A stretch of 57,777 nt of DNA, the filler included, from Dirinaria sp. TL-2023a (Eukaryota): assembly GCA_051941275.1 (NCBI GenBank). It is 3 parts of 3 records of this genome, joined end to end, with 100 filler letters (N's around TTAATTAATTAA, not from the genome) between each part and the next. Parts side by side here need not be neighbours in the genome. Positions count along the whole stretch, not along the records: positions 38,616 to 57,777 come from JAVEBF010000349.1; 2 more parts are not named here. One strand, given 5' to 3'. The position numbers and the translations under genes were made by a program. The first letter of the stretch is position 1, and every line of letters begins with the position of its first letter. Shown here one piece after another: positions 50,377-57,777 of this stretch. The notes beneath the pieces were generated by a model. That model was not told the origin of the DNA and did not search any database. It saw only the letters and a program-made list of their open reading frames with translations.

Positions 50377-53300
50377 TTAGAAGCCTTCGCCACCATCAGC
50401 CCCATCGGCAGCGTCGGGATCCCCAGCTGCGCCCACGGTTTCCTTGACCATTGGTTCCGGCGCACCCTCACCATCCGCAAAAGCGTTCGCCTGCGCCTTT
50501 TCCTCGGCCTGATCGAGTTCTTGGTCTAATTGCGGCACGGTCTGCTCATCCCCATCTTCTTCATCATCAGACGCAATGCGCCTTGTAGCTTTCTTGCGCA
50601 CGGGTGCCGCAACCGGAACGTCTTCCTCCGAGTCATCAAGTGAACCCAACGGGGAGGAGACATCTGGCATCACCGTATCTGTGTCTTCTCCGGCGGTTGG
50701 AGTGGCTGCTTGTGTTGTGCCATTGGTACCAGGTGCTGTGACAGCCTCATCGCTGTCGCTATCACCCACGAGCTCGCTGGATTTGAATTTGTCCGGTTTG
50801 CTCTCCTTACCTTTCCGTGCCAACTTCCTCTTCTTCTTCGGTTTGGCGCCTTCACCCTCGGAAGCAGCCGCACTATTGGCCTCGGTGCTTTTTCCTCCGC
50901 GTTTCCTCCTTGTTCGAGCTTCGCCTTCAATTTCTCCGTCCAATCCGCTACCAGCGTCGCTTTCATCACCTTTCTTCTTACGTTTTCCTCCTTTCTTAGC
51001 CTTTTTCCTCTTCACCCGCTCTCCAGTCTCAGAGTCTGTAGTATACTCCATTTCTTCTTTCCGCCTCTCCTCTTCAGCTCGCTTCTCCGCTAATTCTCGG
51101 CTCAACTCTAACATCTTATGCCTCTCCTCGGCGATCTTCCGCTTCTGTTCTGCGGCGGCCTCTTCTGCCGCACGCCGCTGCTCCTCGCGTTTCCTAGATT
51201 CTGCTTCGCGAGCCTCACGCGCTTCTTGTAACTTCGCGGCATTTTTCTCCTCGTATTCCCGTTGGTTTTGGATGGCACGCTCCAGTTGGCGACGCATCGT
51301 ATTTCGACCCATATTGGCGCGCTGCTCAATATCATGCTTCGGATACGGAGGGTTCTTGCTTTGAGCAATCTCGGTAAAGCTTTCGATTGCGCCATCTAGG
51401 CCTTCAGCGGCGGCTTGAACTTCAGAAAGTGACCGTTGAGATTCTGGGAGGGTGTAGACAAGCTGGGCGAGGGAGATCTGGACAAATGCAATATTGAACT
51501 TGAAGTGGATTTGAGACGGTGCAATGGCAAGAGCGCGCTGCGAGTAATCGAGAGAAGTCCGCATGGCAACAGGCGACTTATCCTGTTTTCCTTTGAGGAG
51601 CCACACGCGGCCAAGGCAGGCAAGAATCTGTGGGTCGGAGGCGCGATCTTTGGAGAGGGCTGCTTCGTACTAGTTTGTGACTCTTAGTAAGTTTCCTGAA
51701 GAACTTGAAAACGCAATCTTACGCTCTCAATCGACCTTGAGTACTGCTTCAATTCGCAGAAGAGATGGCCAAGATTCACATAAACACTGGCTTCTCGGAT
51801 CGTGTCTCGAATCTTTGAAAAAATCTGAACGGCTGTGGTAAGGTCTCTCTTGTCTTCGATTAACGCAATGGCCAAACCTTGCGCCGCATAAGCATTCCTT
51901 GGGTCCAGCTGAAGCGCTTTGTCAAAAAATTCTACAGCCTTGTCGTACGTCTTGCTACGCTTGGCCTTCTCCTGATCCGTGTCCCTACGCATTTCTCGCG
52001 CGGTTGTAAGGTAGAGATTACCCATACCGGTCAGAGAATACCGATCATGCTTATCGTAATGTTGCAAAGTGTGCTTGTAATGCCGTTGTTCTTGGTCTTC
52101 AGCAATGTTGGGCGTTCGCTTCTTTGCTTTGCCTAGATACCAACCATACAACGATCGAACTTCGAGGTTGGTGGAGTCTGTCTCGTACAACGCCTGCATA
52201 GCCCTGGGTCCATCCTCGGTAGGGTTCTGTCGGAGCTCAATATACGCTAATCGAGTACGAGCATCTGTATAGTCAGCATGTCTGGCAAGCAATCCCTCAT
52301 ACACCTGTTTGGCCTCGTCGAGCAGTCCCGAGTTTTCATACGTCCGCGCGAGATTGTAGCTGATAGTTGTCACCAATGCGTCTGTGTCGAGGGCATCATT
52401 TTTCTCGCCAGCCTTCACGCATGCATTCAGCGCCGTCTGGAAGAAGTCTCTAGCAGCATCATGTCTCTCAGCTTGGTACTGGAAGCATCCGATGTTGTTA
52501 AGAAGCTGCGGTGACAGCTGTTCTCTCAATTGCTTGACATAAGCCTCGTCCCCGTTTTCATCATCTGGTGGATCTTTCTCACGCAGCTCATCAATGCTCA
52601 GTTGTTCAACCTGCTGCAAACACTGAAAACTCTTGTCAGGCTGGTCCGTTTCGTAGAGACGAGCAAGGTAAACAAGGACGGAAGAATCTGGAGATAGCTT
52701 GCGTTGGGGATCCTTCCACGACAGACGGACAGCCTCAAGTAGAGCTACTGCCTTCTTCGCTTCCTGCATCTTGTCTTCTTTCAATCCATTCGCTTGATTA
52801 GCGAAAACATCTTCGGCATACAAAGATCCTAAAAGCATCATAGCCTCCGTAGATCTTGACTGCTGAATGATCTTATCAAGCCTGTACTTCGCTCCGTCCA
52901 GATCCTGCAACAATACTTGGACCTGCGTAGTGCCAAACCTAGCCGGCAGGAAGCCCTTGTCGCCCCCACCTCTTGCTGCATCGGCACGGCTGTAAAAATC
53001 ATTTACTTTGGACAAGTCGGGACGACTTTGATAATGCTCTCTGCGCGCGAGAAGAAACCATCCATCGCTGGCGATGGCGTTTACGTCTGTTGACTCAATG
53101 GCCTTTCGGGCAAGAGATTCGACGGTAGGCCAAGTTTTCCTCAGTAAGAAGTAGTTGCCAAAGGTGGCGCATGTAAGGGGATATTCTTTATCAAGCTTGA
53201 AGGACTTTTGGGTATACTCAGTCATAGCTTTTCTATAGATCGGGCCGAACTCGGGATCGGTTGTGGCGTATTGTGAGCTATTGTGGATGTAGTAGAGGCC

Positions 53301-54240
53301 GATGAGGATATTAGCTACTTTCGACTCTGGATTCTAATGAAAAGTCAGAATTGGCTTGGCCGAGAGACAAGACAATTACCAGTTCCAGAGCTCGCTCCCA
53401 AGCTTCTCTAGCTTCCTCGCGGTGTCCCAGCTGCCACAAGCAGCAGCCAATTCCTATGCGTGGATCGGGATCCTTGAGATGTGGCATTTTGGTGAGCACC
53501 TCTTGGTAGCCGTCCAGGGCGTCACCATATTTGCCGAGCGACCATTGCGCCCTAGCTCTTCCAAGCACAGCCATCATGTTTCTCCCTGCGGAAACACGCA
53601 ACGCGTCGTCAAAGAACTTCAAGGCTTGCCGAAGAGTTTCGACTCGCTCAGACTGATCAGGGACTCCAGGGGCAGAAGGCTTGGACGGGGGTTGTAATGA
53701 GGCCCGAAGAAGGTACAGGACACCACGTGCCAGGAATAAGGGAGGAAACGATGGATTGATACGCGAGGCCTCATTCAGGGCTCCGGTCGCAGATTGGAGG
53801 TAGAAATCCTTTGTCTTCGCGTCGGAGGCCGCCTGGCCCTCATGCACTACTCTTGGCGCTGCCCTACTCTTCCAGAGGAACAACCAGCACATTAGGCTAA
53901 GCAGTCCGACTTTCTCTTTAGGAGCGCCTCTTGACAACGACCCTAGACCTCTGTTCAAGATCTCGATGGCGTGGTCGATCTTGCGTTGCTTAGCATACGC
54001 TAGCGATATAACCATCCAATGGTTTTTGGCTGCGTTTTCGTTTTCCAGAACTGTACAAAGCTCGGTAGGATCATCGAGAAGCTCTTCGAGACTCACTTCA
54101 ACCGCCTCCTCCGCGCCCATACCGGAGACAGGGATATCGATCGCCGAGGGTATGTCGGAGAAGCGGACATTTTGTGAGGAAGGGTCTGTAGGCAGCCCAC
54201 GGTTATGGCCATTAGCAAGGCCATTGGTCAGGGGCGCCAT
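50377..54240 (-). CDS. CTR9: Paf1 complex TPR subunit Ctr9
   Basis: LLDDPTELCTVLENE, PDPRIGIGCCLWQLG, TTISYNLARTYE, FFDKALQLDPRNAYAAQG and a basic/acidic tail with KFKSSELV. Introns 53334-53379 and 51670-51722. Confidence 0.95.
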
Positions 54241-54770
54241 CACGCAAGAGTATGCGATAGTGAGAGGTGACTTTGAGCGCCCTTGCGCCCAGCTTGAGGA
54301 TAGCAATGACTTGCCAAACTGCGGGCTGGGCAGAACGTCAATCCAAGCTGAGGATCATGAGAATAATCATACTGAGAAAGTCCACTGACACGGGCACAAT
54401 GCAAAGTGAACGCGGAAAATGAGGAAAGCAGTAGTGACAAGGTGAGTAGAAGAGCAGATATGAGATGCGCACCGAAGTGTCAAAGCCGGAATGAGATATT
54501 CCGCCCGTCGTACTAATCGCTTTGCAGACTAGCGTCACGGAATTCTTTCCGCAGGTCAATGCCAAGACATATCCACGAATTCACCAAGCGTCCAGCTCTT
54601 CTCCTCGGTAGAACAATTGCAAAATCGCCTTAATCTAGCTCACCTTTCCAAGATCGAATCTGCTAGAGATATGTGAGGAGACATGACCAACATCTCTCTA
54701 CAGACTTATCGAGGCAAAGTACTAGAAGACGAGACCACTTCGACAGCCTGCTCAGTACAACGCCCAACGC

Positions 54771-56110
54771 TTAACCCTTTCCTACCAGCGAACCGTAGAA
54801 CACCAGATTCCACAGTTTTGCCATAATGTTAGCCGTCAGAGCAAATGAGGCAAGAATTGCGAAGATGTGGCCGATCTCGTACCATCGTGCCAGCCTCACT
54901 GATGTCTCGATGAAGCCGGCGCCCTGCGCCACCTTCGCTCCGGAAGAGCCATTGATGACTGGCTCACCATCCGGGTCATGGCCTTCATCTGCTGGAAAGC
55001 GGCCATTTCGAACGTAGTCCTCAAGAAGCGCGTCTTTCTCCAGCCAGCGTTGCCTCAGCCAAAGCTCGAATTCAGCAGGGTCACTGGTGGGTATTGAGGA
55101 TGTTGCAAAGCGTCGCCAATACATGTTTACTGACTTGGGTGGTCGTCCTTGGAAAAACGCTGCGCGTAAAGTGAAATAGTCCTGTCCATAACCTCCCCGT
55201 CTGCAGATGGGTTAGCAGCTATAAGCGAGGATGGACGCACCACCTACGGTATGCCTTCATACGCCACCGTACAATCGTAGATCCAGTCAACTGTCCCTTG
55301 CAATTCCTGCAGGCAATATTGCAAACCAGTACTTCTTGGTAACAGCTGATGCCGTAGATCAGGAATGTTTTGCTTGTCCGCCCATTTCTTACTACCTTTC
55401 CTTGTGTTGCCAGACAAGTTCGTGCCCTCAGGGAAAATCATCAGCCACATCGGATCAAGAGACTGCGACCCTAACATCGGCCCGCTATGTCGGGCTTTGA
55501 GCTTCTGCAAACGATGACGAAGGCGGGGCTTGTCACGGACCCAATTGCGAGCCATGAATATGAATCCGTAAAACATTATGCCCGGGCCGATGAAAGGAAT
55601 GTATTTGAGCGATTCCTTCAAGATGATGAAGACGTGGCCGTGCATTCTGTTCGTATAAGCAATCCACCAGAGATATACCCAGTCGGTATACAATTGATGA
55701 TTAGCGATCATGATCAATCTTTCCGGAAAATCCGTTCGAAGCCGTCCGTCCTTCGTTAACAATAACTGGCCTCGAACGCTCTTATCCCCACTAACGCGTA
55801 CTACTGTAGGACTGAACCATTGCGTAAGCGTGATCATCAAAAGGCCAAAAGATTCCTTCGTCAACGCCATGTAGGCGTAGTAATAATCCTGATTGATCAG
55901 ATAAAGAGGGGCCCCAAGGTACTGCGTGGCGCCAATAGTAGCAGAGACGGCAAAGAACCAAGAAGCAAACGCTAGCATACGGATCAGTTGCACAGATTCT
56001 CCATGCTTGATTCTACCAGCCGGATGAGGATCCGACGCTTGACCTGCGGTGCCAGCCCCGAGATCAGGAAACGGTTCCGGTATGGTCTGACGGCCTTGGG
56101 TAGTGGCCAT
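54771..56110 (-). CDS. PlsC-family lysophospholipid acyltransferase (Cst26/LCLAT1-like)
   Basis: NHQLYTDW (HX4D), FMARNW, IFPEGTN, LLPRSTG and IYDCTVAY. Intron 55201-55247. Confidence 0.92.
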
Positions 56111-56609
56111 GGCGTCCAGGATGGTCTGGAAGTTATAAGAACATACAGCGTCCAAGAATATAGTTTTAAAAAACGTGTGGAAGGTCACTCGAGTATCTCT
56201 CAACACATCGCCTCTGATCACATGAGCATTTCCTTTGAGGTACACCGAAAGCGGGCGGCGCTTTGAGCGTGATCTCGTGGTAGCATGATCATCATGCTGC
56301 GGGAGGTGGGCAGCTTACAGTGGGTGTTCGCTGTAGGAGGATATGACAGAGACGAACCGAAATTGTTATGGTGCCTAAAGTCAAGCTTGTTGTGCACACG
56401 TTAGAAGTACTGTAAAGTACTGCAGGAGGAGCAGTCACCGTTGGTAGGGCTGAGCATTGGACACATCTGATATCACAATCCCGTCACATCAAGCGAGAAG
56501 CCTTGCCCAATCGGGTAGCCACTAAAATGTTCCGAACTCGAGATCCCATATTAGAATTCAGGATGACCTACCCAATGCGCAACGCTTTCTAGGAGGTTTG
56601 TCGATCAGG

Positions 56610-57777
56610 ATGAAAGTCCCAAGGCGAAGAATCAGGTTCTCTTCAACAATACTCCAGCGCGGCTTCGCAAGCACAACAAGGAGACGAGAAATCAGAGATC
56701 TGACACAGCTGCCAGACAGCAACGCTCCCAATTACTTCGGTACGCTTTGCACTTCCAATAACGACGTGACCATGGCTAAGAATCTCAGAGACCCAACCGC
56801 ACGAACTGTTATCCCTTCAATGGTCTTCTCCGCCCCGGAACATTCTCCTGGTCAAAAAGGATGAAGCCCCCGCGGCTACCGACGCCCTTCTCGAATTCGC
56901 CCAGTATGTATTCAGCTATTAGCCTACCTTAGACGCGTACAATCAGTAACAAGGTCAACTCTACTAGACATGTCCAATCGACATATCCATCAATTCACTT
57001 CATTCTCGAGCCTGCCGCCGCCAATGCCCTACATGATCGATTGCCGTTCCCGGTATATACCCTACCGCCAGCATCCCCGATCGATCCCTCACTCCTGCCT
57101 CACAAAGTGGACATGACAGCCACTTTCGGTGGCGACGGGACGATCCTTCACGCCGCATCTCTCTTCTCGACCTCGACTAACGTCCCGCCGATATTGGCCT
57201 TCAGCATGGGCACGCTTGGCTTTCTCGGGGAGTGGAAGTTCCACGAATATAAGCGGGCTTTCAGGGAAGTGTACATGTCCGGCGCGCCGGGAGGGGGAGA
57301 TCGGGCGTCGATACTCCACGGTGCGTCGAAGAGAGAAGAATCGCAGTATAGTGGGAATATCTCTTCAGGAGGGGGCGATCGGGCGTCGATACTCCACGGC
57401 GCGTCGAAGCGAGAAGGATCGCAGAGTAGTGAAAATATCTCTTCAGAAGAGAGAGATCGGACGTCGATACTCCACGATGCGTCAAAGAGAGAAGGATCGC
57501 AAAGCAGTGGGAATATTTCTCCAGCACCAGTGATCAAACCTCCGCTGCAATGGGGCCACAGGAAGCCTTTCAAGCCAGAGCCAAGCCGTGCTTCACGTCG
57601 CGAGCAATCCCCAAAACCTCCTCAATCCCAACCCCAAAACAAAGAACAAATCCTAGAAAAAGGCAACGAAAAGCCCTACCACCCACCATTTAACCCAACA
57701 ACACAGCGAGACGTCCAAACCCAGCCAACACCTCCCCCACACCCAGAAACCAAAGAAGAACAAGCAAACACCAGCCC
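56610..57777 (+). CDS. POS5: Mitochondrial NADH kinase (Pos5-like), 3'-truncated by the window end
   Basis: Basic presequence, LLSLQWSSPPRNILLVKK, FGGDGTILHA and FSMGTLGFLGEWKF...AFREVYMSGA. Introns 56740-56788 and 56904-56967. The frame stays open to the window end, so the ORF track misses it. Confidence 0.88.
57290..57523 (+). repeat. 3 x 78-bp in-frame tandem repeat within the NADH kinase
   Basis: Units start at 57290, 57368 and 57446 and encode variants of GGGDRASILHGASKREESQYSGNISS. Confidence 0.93.

Noticed and set aside
4875..54240. Apparent cluster of chromatin and genome-maintenance genes (histone-fold, SPT16, RNH1, WLM protease, CTR9)
   Set aside because: They lie on three artificially joined contigs and are mixed with unrelated genes; no evidence of a functional cluster.

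Overview
Filamentous ascomycete (Pezizomycotina) genomic DNA with short GT-AG spliceosomal introns. It is three contigs joined by artificial 100-bp N44-TTAATTAATTAA-N44 linkers (19211-19310, 38516-38615), so adjacency across these points is not biological. Contig 1 has a CLC chloride channel and a divergent histone-fold (Dpb3/Dls1-like) gene, then about 13 kb with no recognisable conserved gene. Much of that stretch is nested tandem duplications of exon+intron modules (three families plus a ~70-bp sub-repeat array), largely decayed by stops and frameshifts, but with one apparently intact spliced 260-aa repeat ORF. Contig 2 has a 5'-truncated multi-WSC protein, a mitochondrial-carrier-like gene with a 7-nt micro-exon, SPT16, RNase H1, a LicD/Mnn4-like protein, a UBL-WLM metalloprotease, an ACBP-domain membrane protein and a truncated unknown gene. 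Contig 3 has a giant (~3227-codon) DUF6606/DUF3638/DUF3645-type P-loop protein gene broken by a single in-frame TAA, then CTR9, a PlsC-type acyltransferase and a POS5-like NADH kinase with a large repeat insertion that runs off the window. All calls come from manual reading and motif recognition; no database search was run.
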